This document shows, piece after piece, positions 10,347 to 20,723 of a DNA stretch of 64,000 nt (positions are counted from its first letter, which is position 1; each line of letters opens with the position of its first letter). The stretch lies in assembly GCF_009936135.1 (NCBI RefSeq), contig NZ_CP047901.1, forward strand, positions 152,984 through 216,983, in the 5' to 3' direction. The translations under genes were made by a program, and so were the position numbers. The notes below the pieces were generated by a model, which saw nothing but the letters and a program-made list of their open reading frames with translations, was not told where the DNA came from and ran no database searches. The DNA comes from Candidatus Chazhemtobacterium aquaticus. Lineage in GTDB: Bacteria > Patescibacteriota > Microgenomatia > UBA1400 > Chazhemtobacteraceae.

Positions 10347-10717
10347 ATTATATTGGTTATATTAACAACTAACCTGCTCCGAGCGCTGGACGCTATTCGA
10401 ACTTGCATTAAGCATGATAATACCAGCTTTTACTCCCTCCTAAGCGCTTAAATACTGTAAATTGCCTCCACTGCTTCCACTGCCTCCATTTTCCCATTGG
10501 TTTTTATGTAACGATTACACACCTCTGTCCTCGAGGGGTACCCCCGGGGTGGCCTTGTTAAAACCTCTTACCTCCCCTGATGGAACAAAGCGCGAGTAAA
10601 GTAGCACCACCATAGAGATGTCGTTACCACCCCACACTATAAGCAAGATCTAATCTTTTTGAACCCTCCCTTCCGCTCTAACAGCTATAATTCACACTAT
10701 TCCTTCATTTATTCAGT

Positions 10718-11854
10718 TCATCTCAACACCACGTCCTCCAACAAATATTGACATAGGACCTCAGCCGAATATCGTTTGCTTCCTTCCAAACAGCTCTGTG
10801 ATAACTGACTCCAGTTACCAGGATCGTTAAGTAAGTTTAAAAACTGCACCATTTCTTTTCTTTGATCCATATCCATCAATGCTCCGAACGATCCATTAGT
10901 CTCTTCAAAAATTTCTAACGAACCTGGAGACGGCAAACACAAAACTGGAGTACCTTCTCTAGCCGCTTCAACGGTCACCTGTCCCCAACTTTCCGTCCGC
11001 GATGGCATAAACAAGAGATGTGATCCTGCGTAATAGTCGGCCAATTCCGGCCATCCTTTTTCTCCAACAAACTCAACAGGTAAACCACTAGTCTCTTGTT
11101 TTAACATCTGAAAATATTTCGGATCAGCAATTGGCCCAACTACTCTTATGTTCCAGTTCTCAATATTACTTCGCTTTAGTTCCTCTCCCAGCAATCTGAT
11201 GTTTTCTAAACCTTTCTCTGAAGATATCCTCGACACAACCAATATATTAAATTGGGATACACCTCGTTGATCAAAACTTAAATACTCCCTCTCTGGTCTG
11301 GGATGAAGTGGCGGTCTGTGGATAGTCACACCATTTTCGTCTTGAGCAATACCGGCCAAGACCAGCGAGTGCGCCACCGATCTTGAGTTAGCAATATGCC
11401 TTACACCATAGTCCTTCATTGACCGCCGCAAAGCGGTGACTAACCCCCTAGATGGCTTCCTTAACCAATGCTTTACTTCATCAATGGCTTTATCAAACTT
11501 TCTCTCGTGAGGCTGGTCTGTTTTAGTACGCCAATAAGCCACTACCCTACCCTTTAACTCATCTGGCAGCATATAAAAAGTTGCCAAGCCGTATCTCGTC
11601 GGATGGATCAATAAAATGGAGTCCGGGTTAACTCTTGAAATTTCTTCTGCAGCATCATGGGCTTCCAAGATAAAGTTTTTATCCCCACGTGGAGATAAAA
11701 ATTTCAGACCACCCAGTTGCGATGTCCATAGGTCAGCGTATGTCTGTAGCGAACTCGGTATACCACCTACCCCGTCCATACCATGGTCTGAAACTACAAC
11801 CAAATTCGATCCCGCCAACCTTTCCTTGGAAACTTCCCTCTCCAGGCGACTCAT
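10718..11854 (-). CDS. glycosyltransferase family 4 (GT-B fold)
   Basis: C-terminal SRTESWGQVTVEAAREGTPVL EX7E-type motif typical of GT4. Confidence 0.6.
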   Translation of the reverse strand: MSRLEREVSKERLAGSNLVVVSDHGMDGVGGIPSSLQTYADLWTSQLGGLKFLSPRGDKNFILEAHDAAEEISRVNPDSILLIHPTRYGLATFYMLPDELKGRVVAYWRTKTDQPHERKFDKAIDEVKHWLRKPSRGLVTALRRSMKDYGVRHIANSRSVAHSLVLAGIAQDENGVTIHRPPLHPRPEREYLSFDQRGVSQFNILVVSRISSEKGLENIRLLGEELKRSNIENWNIRVVGPIADPKYFQMLKQETSGLPVEFVGEKGWPELADYYAGSHLLFMPSRTESWGQVTVEAAREGTPVLCLPSPGSLEIFEETNGSFGALMDMDQRKEMVQFLNLLNDPGNWSQLSQSCLEGSKRYSAEVLCQYLLEDVVLR

Positions 11855-12345
11855 TTTAATAACCTAGTAAGCTGCCTATACAAATAAGTCAAAATTATTT
11901 CCGGCGACCGCAAATAATATAAAAAGAGCTTCTTGGTATTTATGTCCTGTTTTCTTTCAATAACACTTTCCAAATTCTTCGCAGCATCCTCAACCCAAAC
12001 CTTTTGATAAAAAGGTAGCTGAGAAGGTAGGCGTTTTAATGGCCAATACCTAACCGCCGCCGTTTCTTTTCCCAAACGGGGCTTTCCCGACACCACCCGA
12101 CACTCAAAGACATAGGTCTTGCCAGTTGGCTTGTTAGTCTGTTTTTGATAAACACCAGTTTGTCTTACCACCCTAACCTTAAAGCCCGTCTCCTCTTCGG
12201 TTTCCCTCTTAGAAGCATACTTGGGCTCTTCATTTGGGCCAATGCCTCCTCCAGGTACTACCCATACAGGCAGATCCCGCCTCTTTACCAGCAACACTCC
12301 TTTTCTAGTTTTGTTAAACACAATACCTGCCGCTCCATTTGTCAT
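11851..12345 (-). CDS. NUDIX hydrolase
   Basis: Nudix box GGGIGPNEEPKYASKRETEEETG (Gx5Ex7REUxEExGU). Confidence 0.7.
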   Translation of the reverse strand: MTNGAAGIVFNKTRKGVLLVKRRDLPVWVVPGGGIGPNEEPKYASKRETEEETGFKVRVVRQTGVYQKQTNKPTGKTYVFECRVVSGKPRLGKETAAVRYWPLKRLPSQLPFYQKVWVEDAAKNLESVIERKQDINTKKLFLYYLRSPEIILTYLYRQLTRLLK

Positions 12346-13271
12346 TTGTTTTTTAAGTGATATTTGATAACTTTACTCGCGGAAATGCCCCAATATACCA
12401 ACAGTCCCGCTTCAAGCATAATTCTCATCAGTAAATTATGCTCTGGAAGAAAGTGTTTGTTGTTAAACCTTCTCATTGAGCGGTAAAGATCAAGACTGGA
12501 CTTAAATGGAGCCTTTGCCCTACTCTTTCCTCCATGATGTACAACCTCAACCTCTGGAAAATAAAAAATGTCCCAAGTTTCACCAGTTTCCGGGTTGACT
12601 GTTTGACCTATACGATACATCCAATCAACGTCTTCTATCATCATGAAATATCCTTCATCCAACAAACCTGCCTGCTCAATTGCTTCCCTTCGTACCATCA
12701 TACAAGCCCCTGATACTGCCCCAACCTCTGCGGTTTCATTAGGATCGAGGTGACTAAGACTATATTGGCTAAATCGCGGATCATCAGGAAACAACTTCTT
12801 CAAGCCCAAGGCCTTGGCCAACATATTTTGGGGCGTTGGTAAACCCCTGCGGCAACGCCAATCAACCGAACCATCATTGTGGACTAACTTGGGGCCAACC
12901 ACTCCCACATTTTGGTTCTCCTTTAAGAAGTTAACCAAACTACCTAATGCTTCCTCAGTTACCTCTGTATCGGGGTTTAGAAGCAATACGAAAGGAGTAT
13001 CTGTCTCTTCAATTACCTTGTTATTTGCCCCAGCAAAACCGACATTTTTCTCGCTCTCTATTACCCTCACTTCAGGAAATTTATCAGTTACTTGCCTAAA
13101 CGGCTCTGGCGAAGCATTGTCAACCACTACGGTTTCAAAGATTACCCCTTGATCCTGACGTAAAGACTCCAAACAAGCATCAAGATAGTCGGCACTATTG
13201 TAGTTGACTATAATTACCGAAAGCTCTGGTCTATTTTCTCTTTCAGCCATATTAAAAGATACTATGTTCAC
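12342..13271 (-). CDS. glycosyltransferase family 2
   Basis: LSVIIVNYNSADYLDACLESL... GT2 N-terminal signature with DxD-like region. Confidence 0.65.
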   Translation of the reverse strand: MNIVSFNMAERENRPELSVIIVNYNSADYLDACLESLRQDQGVIFETVVVDNASPEPFRQVTDKFPEVRVIESEKNVGFAGANNKVIEETDTPFVLLLNPDTEVTEEALGSLVNFLKENQNVGVVGPKLVHNDGSVDWRCRRGLPTPQNMLAKALGLKKLFPDDPRFSQYSLSHLDPNETAEVGAVSGACMMVRREAIEQAGLLDEGYFMMIEDVDWMYRIGQTVNPETGETWDIFYFPEVEVVHHGGKSRAKAPFKSSLDLYRSMRRFNNKHFLPEHNLLMRIMLEAGLLVYWGISASKVIKYHLKNK

Positions 13272-14211
13272 CCATTGTTAAATACCAATTATCTACTAAC
13301 TCCTGGGCCGGAAAAAAGCCACCTGCAGTAAACATCGCCAACCGTCTTCCCCAACTGTTTTTTCTAAAACCCAACTCCTGTAACCACTGGCTCTCTGGAG
13401 CCACCAAGGGATAAGAAGAAACAAGTTTCATCCCCATTTGTGCTAATGCCTGTTGGCTGCCATCAACAACTTCTAAGAAACTCTCCTTGCCCATCGCTAC
13501 AACATCAACAATGTGCCCCTTGGTCTCTCCATAACTCTTAATAACCGCTACTGCCTCGCCTGACGAGGAACCAATAAAGCGGTAGTTACCAGACGGGTTT
13601 TCTAAATATCTCCATCTTAGATAGTCCACGCTTCTTACTGTTCCCGGGTTGGCAAATAGTCTCCGGTAATACAAAGCTGGCGCTAAACTCAAAAATTCCT
13701 CACCACTTAGCTCTACAAAAGTTCCCTTAACAGAAACTAATGGCCTCTCCCATAAAAATGCTTCCCTTTGTGCCGTCGCCCTCTTAAGCACCGTCCCTGC
13801 CGAAAAACTATTTGGAAATAAAATTGCGAAGTCAATACCATTAACATCAATTAGCTGGTGACGCACCTCCTGTATCAATTTATAAAGAGTGATGCCGCCC
13901 CTTAGTGATGGTTTGACTACACCCTCAATAATCTCTGCCCCTCTTATTGTATGATCACCTACCTGAACATCCTTAATTGTCGCTCCCAAATGGCCGGCTA
14001 CTTCTCCATCCTCCTGAAGCGCAACCAACCGTACAGAAGACCCATCCCTATATCTCCAGTCCCAACCGCTCATGTCACCTGCCATTAATTGTTGGATATA
14101 CGGACTGTAGTCCTTATAACCAAAAACATCCTGGTATAACCTTAAAGTGCTTTCGCTATGCTTAGCTTCAAAGGGAACTGTTTGAGTGTAAAAACCTCTT
14201 AGTCTTTCCAT
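13252..14211 (-). CDS. hypothetical protein (possible duplicated acyltransferase-like fold)
   Basis: 319-aa ORF; weak resemblance only. Confidence 0.3.
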   Translation of the reverse strand: MERLRGFYTQTVPFEAKHSESTLRLYQDVFGYKDYSPYIQQLMAGDMSGWDWRYRDGSSVRLVALQEDGEVAGHLGATIKDVQVGDHTIRGAEIIEGVVKPSLRGGITLYKLIQEVRHQLIDVNGIDFAILFPNSFSAGTVLKRATAQREAFLWERPLVSVKGTFVELSGEEFLSLAPALYYRRLFANPGTVRSVDYLRWRYLENPSGNYRFIGSSSGEAVAVIKSYGETKGHIVDVVAMGKESFLEVVDGSQQALAQMGMKLVSSYPLVAPESQWLQELGFRKNSWGRRLAMFTAGGFFPAQELVDNWYLTMGEHSIF

Positions 14212-14213
14212 TA

Positions 14214-15236
14214 TTAATCAATTAATTGATAAAAACCCTCTACTGCTTTAGCCATGACAACTTTCGACAAGTCTTTTTGCCGCAGCAAGCTATAAAACCT
14301 TGATGAGCTTAGAACAGCCATCCTCGACAAAAAAACCAGTTGATAACACGCCGCCCGCTGCTTCCACGAGTTATCCCCGACACTTGTAAGATAACTCCCC
14401 AGCACCATTGCCTCTGTTTCCATTAGTGAAACCAAATTGGGAACATCAGCCGAGTACTCAATTACATTTTTATTTCCCCGGAGAGAGTAAGAGCAACTGA
14501 CATCATTGGGATCATTAACGGTCAATGCCCACTGTCCGATCTGTCTAGCAATGATGTAGGCCGGGTCATACCAACCAGCCTTTTCAAAGTCAATTAATAC
14601 CCATCTTCCATCTTGAGCTATCAAAATATTTGATCCATTGGCATCACCAGTATCCAGCACTATCTCTTCTGGCTCTCCCACCAAAGAAACAGCCAAACCA
14701 AAAGTATCCTTCAAAGAAGGGTACTCTCTACCATTAATTACCATTGGTTGATCCCCGGCAAAACCAACTTTTCCACTTTCCAAACTCTTACCTATTTTCT
14801 TCAAGGTTTTTTCTGTCAAACGGCGGTGGTCATATACAGTCTTTTCCTCACCCGCCTTCCGCATATTTCCCGTCCATAATGCCATAGTCCTGTCTACATA
14901 GTCCTGATATGTTTGAAACGCTTCTTGCCTGTCTCCTCGAACCAAGTCAAACAACTCTTCTCCCTCAAAAAACTCATACTCGATCCCCCAATTAGAAACG
15001 GACAATATTTTAGGCTTAGGAAATATCTCTGGCACCAAACCATACCCTTCAACCTCTTTCTTCACTCTTCCCGGCGTCCCCATCTTCAAAATAATCTTCT
15101 CCCCATCCTCCTTCTCAAGGACACAAACATAAAAAGGGGAACCCGGACGAACTTCTATCTCGCTGGAAAAATTAGCTTCTTTAAGTTTGGGCAGGTTGAC
15201 GATACGGCTGACTTGCCGCTCAACCATTTCTAACAT
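14214..15236 (-). CDS. protein-kinase-like phosphotransferase (APH/choline-kinase family)
   Basis: DTGDANGSNILIAQDGRWVLIDFEKAGWYDPAYI matches the catalytic-loop and DFE motifs of the APH/CotS-like fold. Confidence 0.55.
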   Translation of the reverse strand: MLEMVERQVSRIVNLPKLKEANFSSEIEVRPGSPFYVCVLEKEDGEKIILKMGTPGRVKKEVEGYGLVPEIFPKPKILSVSNWGIEYEFFEGEELFDLVRGDRQEAFQTYQDYVDRTMALWTGNMRKAGEEKTVYDHRRLTEKTLKKIGKSLESGKVGFAGDQPMVINGREYPSLKDTFGLAVSLVGEPEEIVLDTGDANGSNILIAQDGRWVLIDFEKAGWYDPAYIIARQIGQWALTVNDPNDVSCSYSLRGNKNVIEYSADVPNLVSLMETEAMVLGSYLTSVGDNSWKQRAACYQLVFLSRMAVLSSSRFYSLLRQKDLSKVVMAKAVEGFYQLID

Positions 15237-15355
15237 TATGTGTGCATTATATAAGGTATTTCCCTATCTGTCGATAAAAAACTCCTCAAATGTAGTTCAA
15301 ATTTTTTGCGGAATCAGATACTAACTTTCCTCTCCGATCCTTCTCCCAACCCCTT

Positions 15356-15976
15356 TTAGACCGACTTCTTCTCAGCGTCCACCATCCGTTTATCCCAATC
15401 TCCATCCCACCCCTGAATTTTGGCTTGCTGACAAAGTTCAATAAGTTCTTTGTACTTACCTTGCTTCTTTAGGATGATAGCCAATTGCGTGTACCCAGCG
15501 TGACCAGGTAATGGCTGTTTGGGATATTCCTTCAGGAATTGTTTAGCTGCTGCCGGAGCAATCTTTATTTGGTTCTCACAAGCCTTAATTGCTTCATCTA
15601 GTGCATCGGGGTTAGCATCCCGTTCTCGATAGTAAATCTCCATCCGTTGTTGTAGTGCAAAATGCTGATCAAGAATATCATCACCTTCATCAGCCAACTC
15701 GTTTGCTTTTTCGATGATTTTCTTCGCTATCTCTCTGTCTCCTGGCTTGTTAAACCAACCAGCAAGGCAATGCAACAAACCCGCCGCGGTTTGTGATGAG
15801 TAGGTAAGCTTTCCCTCTGTTAGCGGCTTTGTTTCAGAATCACCACCCATGGGATGATACACCTCTTCAATCCGGTTTCTTTCATCCTTGGTAAACATGG
15901 ACAACCACCAATCCTCCAAACCATAGTAACCAATATCACCTTCGATTTTCTTTGGTTTGTTAAAAAGTCCCAGCAT
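15356..15976 (-). CDS. hypothetical protein
   Basis: 206-aa ORF whose stop overlaps the start of the 15976..17118 ORF (same coordinate). Confidence 0.35.
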   Translation of the reverse strand: MLGLFNKPKKIEGDIGYYGLEDWWLSMFTKDERNRIEEVYHPMGGDSETKPLTEGKLTYSSQTAAGLLHCLAGWFNKPGDREIAKKIIEKANELADEGDDILDQHFALQQRMEIYYRERDANPDALDEAIKACENQIKIAPAAAKQFLKEYPKQPLPGHAGYTQLAIILKKQGKYKELIELCQQAKIQGWDGDWDKRMVDAEKKSV

Positions 15977-17118
15977 TATTTAATCCTCACTAATAATGCG
16001 ATGTGATGCTCAAATGTTTTAGCAAACTCAGTAAAGGCGTCAAAGTTACTAAACATAAAAGACTCCTCTAGTCCCGCCTCTGAAGTGAGTGTTAAGTCAC
16101 CGTACTTCACAATCGGAATTTGGTAGTTACCCTTAAATCGTCGATCGCGAGAACCATCTTTGTTTGTTTTCTTCCATGTATGCTGGATTACCTCGGTGTC
16201 ACCAGGAACTTTTTCTTCTTCGACATATCCAGTAAGCTTCATTACTGCCTTTATTTCTTTCAAATCAAAAATACCAAACTCTTGATTGCCCTTATACAAA
16301 AGTAAAAAAGTGGGAAAGAAAAACAAATCTGGACCGTTACTATTTGCTAGGTACAAAGAGGGCAGATCACTTTTGATGAAATCGACCACTTTTTTATCAT
16401 CTCCGTTAATGAGAGTGCGCTTAGTGGCGGTTTGGGCAATAGTACGAGCTTTGGCTTTATCAACCGACTCAGCGTAGGTTAAATCCCAAATCTTCTTACT
16501 CTTCATCAGCTCGTCGAATGCGTCAATGCAGTTTAGCCAGCTCTTCTCCAACTGTGACTTATCTGCAAAGGTAAGCTTGACGTAAGTTTCCAAGACTAAT
16601 TCCTCAATTTTTTTGACGAGCTTTTGCTGATCGGTACGCATAACAGCGATTTTCTTGTTGAAGAATCCAACAATCAAAGGAAAACTGAGTAAATGAGCAG
16701 CTGTTAAGGCGTAAAACTTGATCTTAGCTGACCGAAGTTCTTTGTTAAGCTCCATTCGCTTGTTATAGATGTCAGTCACCTGATTTCGCAGCTCCACAAA
16801 ATTCTTACTCGTCACAGTTAAGGCCTTACTAGAGCTCCTGATTATGTTCCCCGTATTTGATATTTCGATGCCTGGACGAAGATCGTCATTAGCATTACGC
16901 GAGGATGAGTTCTTTCGCGTTTTCGGGACTTTAAGGAGCCTGTCAACACCCACAGTGGTCCTACTATAGACACGGTTGTAAAGTGCTTTTTTGGGATTTG
17001 TAAGCAACCCCATACCTCTTGGAGCCTTAAGACCCAAACTATGACGCACAACTCGCTTCCAGGAGGTTCTGGCAGCAATTCTTTTTTTAAGAGAGGGTGT
17101 TCTTAGTCCAAATTTCAT
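15976..17118 (-). CDS. hypothetical protein
   Basis: 380-aa ORF with a basic N-terminus. Confidence 0.35.
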   Translation of the reverse strand: MKFGLRTPSLKKRIAARTSWKRVVRHSLGLKAPRGMGLLTNPKKALYNRVYSRTTVGVDRLLKVPKTRKNSSSRNANDDLRPGIEISNTGNIIRSSSKALTVTSKNFVELRNQVTDIYNKRMELNKELRSAKIKFYALTAAHLLSFPLIVGFFNKKIAVMRTDQQKLVKKIEELVLETYVKLTFADKSQLEKSWLNCIDAFDELMKSKKIWDLTYAESVDKAKARTIAQTATKRTLINGDDKKVVDFIKSDLPSLYLANSNGPDLFFFPTFLLLYKGNQEFGIFDLKEIKAVMKLTGYVEEEKVPGDTEVIQHTWKKTNKDGSRDRRFKGNYQIPIVKYGDLTLTSEAGLEESFMFSNFDAFTEFAKTFEHHIALLVRIK

Positions 17119-17120
17119 AA

Positions 17121-18215
17121 TTAAAGACCACTTTCTAACTCCAAAACATCCAAACCTTTAAATGTCGGTATAGAAGATTGTCCAGCTATTCCTTGAACAT
17201 TCCCACAAACCCCCGCCAAGCCTAATAAATATCTATTTAATTGTTGTTCTCGCTTTTTCCATGAAGATTCATAAGCTTTCCTTTCTCTATCAATTTGATC
17301 TTTCATTTCCTGGTGAACCTCTACCATTGCCTCTACTTGTTGGCGAAATTCCGTCCCAGTAATGTAGTCAAACATCAAATCAGCCTTTTTACCTCTGTGT
17401 TCTCCTATTGCTTTTTGACGTGCGACATCATGTAAACGATCACGAAGTGCTGTAGCAAGAGGGACGACCAAGCTTGGCTTACAAACCCAAACGCCATCCC
17501 TAAATTCCATATCAGACTGCATGTTATTTGGAATCGTGCTCGAAACCAAAATCGCTACATCAGCACTTTCATTCCGTTGATCTTGTTTAAGTTTAGACAA
17601 CCAACTATCTGACCAGTTCTTCTGGTAGTTTTTAAATTCCCAAAGAATCACCCCACATTTCGTCCCATTTCGAGAACAAACCGTCTGTCTAATGTCTGCC
17701 CCGTTTTGTCCCTTTTTAATCTCATCTACCAAATCAAAGGCAAAGGTATCTCTTAATAGAGATTCTATTTCCAGCTCTAGGATCTCGCCTTGTGTTTGCT
17801 GAGATCCTTGTTGCAACTTGATCTGAGCATCTTTAAGTTGCTGCTCGAGATCACTCAACTTCTTGTCTTTTTCCCTATCCTTCAATTGATGCTCCGATTC
17901 TGCTTGCCTTCTAGCGTCAAGTCTAATCTTTTCTTCTTCCTCAGCTATAGTTTTTTTCATCTGAAGATCTCTCTCCTCATCCTTTCTTCTCAGACCTCTA
18001 ATCTCTGTATTTAAATCTTCCAATTGTTTAAGCAAGGCTTTATTCCTATCTTTTTCTTCATTTGCAGTTTCCGTGAGATTCTTGACTGTGAGCTCATATT
18101 GAGACTCAAGTTTTTTACCAGCATCCTGCTCTGCTTGTTTCCTCACTGATTCGAGCTCTTCCTCATGTTTTACACGCTCTGCTGCAATAACCTCATCCTG
18201 TATCTGCCTCGTCAA
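17121..18215 (-). CDS. coiled-coil protein with conserved C-terminal domain (DUF2130-like)
   Basis: N-terminal highly charged heptad-like region (EEELESVRKQAEQDAGKKLESQYELTVKNL...) followed by a Cys- and Trp-containing globular C-terminal part. Confidence 0.35.
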   Translation of the reverse strand: MTRQIQDEVIAAERVKHEEELESVRKQAEQDAGKKLESQYELTVKNLTETANEEKDRNKALLKQLEDLNTEIRGLRRKDEERDLQMKKTIAEEEEKIRLDARRQAESEHQLKDREKDKKLSDLEQQLKDAQIKLQQGSQQTQGEILELEIESLLRDTFAFDLVDEIKKGQNGADIRQTVCSRNGTKCGVILWEFKNYQKNWSDSWLSKLKQDQRNESADVAILVSSTIPNNMQSDMEFRDGVWVCKPSLVVPLATALRDRLHDVARQKAIGEHRGKKADLMFDYITGTEFRQQVEAMVEVHQEMKDQIDRERKAYESSWKKREQQLNRYLLGLAGVCGNVQGIAGQSSIPTFKGLDVLELESGL

Positions 18216-18309
18216 AGCTTCCGAAATTTCATTCTCCTCCCCCTACTGGACTCGTTCCTCAACCAAGAAATTGATCTATCAGAAACACTAATAAAGCTAG
18301 AAACCAAAA

Positions 18310-18999
18310 CTATTGCACCTCTATATCAAACTCTGGGGTAAGTAAAACTTCTTTACCTGTAGGTTTGAATTTATCTCCTTCAGTTTTCCCAAAAGACGAC
18401 GTTATAAAGGACCTTTCTTCCTTTGTGCCTAACACCTTGTCATAATCAAGATCTATTGCCACTATGTTAGGAAATACTTGCGTAATTCTCCATTCCTTTG
18501 AATCAGGAGTAACATCACCGATATACCAAATATCCTTAACTTTAGGATTTAAATTTGCAAATTTATCCTTCAAGATGGTTGCAGGGGGAATTACAACATT
18601 TCTCCGAACATAACAAAGTAAGGTAATATTTGGATCTACAATCTTATTCAATTTAATCTTCTTTACAGCTTCTACAATATCTTCTTCTTCAACTTCTTTC
18701 CTCCATTCAAAAACTTCAAGTTTCAACAGTTCCTTCGAATTACCAATCTCCCCTTCCACAAACGAGTAACAGTTAAAGTCTGGTGAACCATCATCTCTTA
18801 CAGGTGTAAACCACCATTCCATGCCAAACTTATCTTGAAGTGCGATCAGAAACATAGAAGCGATCCACGCCTCCCTCGTAACCTTATATCGCCTATCACT
18901 CAGTAAAACACCACCAACATTCAGATATGTCTTGGCAAAAAGACGCACGGCGGTGTAGGGACTAATCAAGACTTCTTCTTGTTTTTTACCCTTGGTCAT
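18310..18999 (-). CDS. hypothetical protein
   Basis: 229-aa ORF. Confidence 0.35.
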   Translation of the reverse strand: MTKGKKQEEVLISPYTAVRLFAKTYLNVGGVLLSDRRYKVTREAWIASMFLIALQDKFGMEWWFTPVRDDGSPDFNCYSFVEGEIGNSKELLKLEVFEWRKEVEEEDIVEAVKKIKLNKIVDPNITLLCYVRRNVVIPPATILKDKFANLNPKVKDIWYIGDVTPDSKEWRITQVFPNIVAIDLDYDKVLGTKEERSFITSSFGKTEGDKFKPTGKEVLLTPEFDIEVQ

Positions 19000-19007
19000 T
19001 CACAAAC

Positions 19008-19190
19008 CTAATAAAGACTCAAAGACGAAGTTGTCCGCCATTTTCCTTCTGTAGTAATCTCTTCTCTTTTTGTCTCAGGAATAAACGGCCCCATATCAAC
19101 ATAAATTTTCTTATACTCTTGCTTTGCCTTTTCAATTTTCTTAGTAATCTTCTTAACAGATGTAGCTTTTTTTATCGTCTTCTTCATACT
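19008..19190 (-). CDS. small Lys-rich hypothetical protein (not in ORF track)
   Basis: My own translation gives MKKTIKKATSVKKITKKIEKAKQEYKKIYVDMGPFIPETKREEITTEGKWRTTSSLSLY (60 aa) between two annotated genes. Confidence 0.2.
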   Translation of the reverse strand, partial: SMKKTIKKATSVKKITKKIEKAKQEYKKIYVDMGPFIPETKREEITTEGKWRTTSSLSLY

Positions 19191-19199
19191 TTCAATATA

Positions 19200-20096
19200 T
19201 CATTGATGTGCATCAATGCTGGAGACATATGACTGTTCTCTACTTTCCACGCACTTGGTTACCTGATTAGAAACAAAACTATTCAGACGCACAAATAGTT
19301 CATAACTAGGCGACCAAACCTTATCATCTTTTTCCATGTTCTCAACCACCAACTTGCAAGAATTAGCCTTGTCTCTATCAATTAGGCGGCCATGAGCCTT
19401 TGTAACTTTTGGCGTTAAGAACATCTTTATGTTCTTTTTTATGTCTTTTTTACTTAATGACGACATCATCCCTGTTTTCAAAGCTCCGACCGCAATATCT
19501 GCTGACAAGGAGATTGCATCTTCGTATTCTTTTATTTCTCTTGAGTCATATCTGAGAAGTTGTTGGAGATAAGGTTCGAGATTCCCTTTTTCATTTGTCG
19601 CCTTATCGAACAAGTCTCTATAACTCTCCACAATGTTATATAGCGAAAACCTCTTATACCTACCATCTTCCACAAACGACAATTGAGGATCAATAGGTCC
19701 CAACTCCGAAGCTGGTCCCATATATATTTTGCTTGCACCGAAACATACCATAGTCGCAGCAGATTTAGCTTTCCCTGGAATGATTACCCAGTAGTCACCT
19801 GTGCCACTGTACCGTCTACAAATATTTATTATTCGTTCTGCGGCCAAACCACTTCCGCCTGGCGAACTTAGCAATAAAGCAATACCATCACTCAAGTCCA
19901 TTGTCTGCAATAAAGCCTCTAGCATATCAGCATCATCATCACTCAAGATAACTGGATATTTAAAGCTAGTAAAAAGAGAAATAACAGTCCTGCCCAACTC
20001 TCGTTCAAGCTTAATTATTACCTTCTTTCTCGTATCGTGAGATTGATTTCTCTCATTAAGCACCTGTCCTATTACAGGTATCTTACTGCCTGCCAT
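19200..20096 (-). CDS. ClpP-fold serine protease (SDH / S49-like family)
   Basis: LLLSSPGGSGLAAERIINICR...GKAKSAATMVCFGASKIYMGPASELGPIDPQL matches the SPGG serine motif of ClpP/SppA-fold proteases. Confidence 0.55.
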   Translation of the reverse strand: MAGSKIPVIGQVLNERNQSHDTRKKVIIKLERELGRTVISLFTSFKYPVILSDDDADMLEALLQTMDLSDGIALLLSSPGGSGLAAERIINICRRYSGTGDYWVIIPGKAKSAATMVCFGASKIYMGPASELGPIDPQLSFVEDGRYKRFSLYNIVESYRDLFDKATNEKGNLEPYLQQLLRYDSREIKEYEDAISLSADIAVGALKTGMMSSLSKKDIKKNIKMFLTPKVTKAHGRLIDRDKANSCKLVVENMEKDDKVWSPSYELFVRLNSFVSNQVTKCVESREQSYVSSIDAHQ

Positions 20097-20157
20097 GAGC
20101 AGATTCTAACATAAACTTGATAAAATAAGATAAACAACAATAAAGATGTAACGACTA

Positions 20158-20541
20158 ATGACCTACGAAGAAAAACTCAACATCACTGTTGAAGCTATTA
20201 ACGAAGCTAGACAGTTCACTAGCAAAGAATACTTCACCAAACTCAGACTTGGCACAGGTAACGGACTTTCAAGAATTGATTTAGGCCAACTTCACGACAT
20301 CCTTCTTCAACTGGAACAAGACGAAAAGATAATCAAAATCGAAGACACTCCAACAGCTCTCAAAAGCCTGACCAATAAGACCTCTGACATCATGAATGCA
20401 GGAGGTAACAAGAACTACTTTCTTATAGATGTATTACTATGGACTTCTATGAGAAAAAACGAGAAGAGTATCGCAATAAACAAGACGAAATATCAACAAA
20501 AATATCAAGACTCCAAACAGTCGACAAGGACTACTATCTAG
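20158..20541 (+). CDS. hypothetical ORF, possibly the upstream part of a frameshifted gene
   Basis: 127-aa ORF that overlaps the fragment-copy-2 frame at 20439 in another frame. Confidence 0.25.
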   Translation: MTYEEKLNITVEAINEARQFTSKEYFTKLRLGTGNGLSRIDLGQLHDILLQLEQDEKIIKIEDTPTALKSLTNKTSDIMNAGGNKNYFLIDVLLWTSMRKNEKSIAINKTKYQQKYQDSKQSTRTTI

Positions 20542-20723
20542 CCTCAGAATACATCCTAAAACTCGCCAACAAGGCAGCAGATCTGCTAAAACGTTCCGAA
20601 CAGAAAGAAAAACGCATCCTAATCAACATGACACTTCAGAACCTTACCTTAGATGGCAAAAAAGTGCGATATGAATGGAAAAAACCATTCGACAAAATCG
20701 CATTTTATGCACATCGTCAAGCC
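20439..20723 (+). pseudogene. C-terminal gene fragment, copy 2 of 2 (homologous to 9563..9970), truncated by tRNA-Asn
   Basis: ...REEYRNKQDEISTKISRLQTVDKDYYLASEYILKLANKAADLL...KRILINMTLQNLTLDGKKVRYEWKKPFDKIAFYAHRQAW, after which the frame runs into the antisense of the tRNA (…LPGLDSNQRP). Confidence 0.35.
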
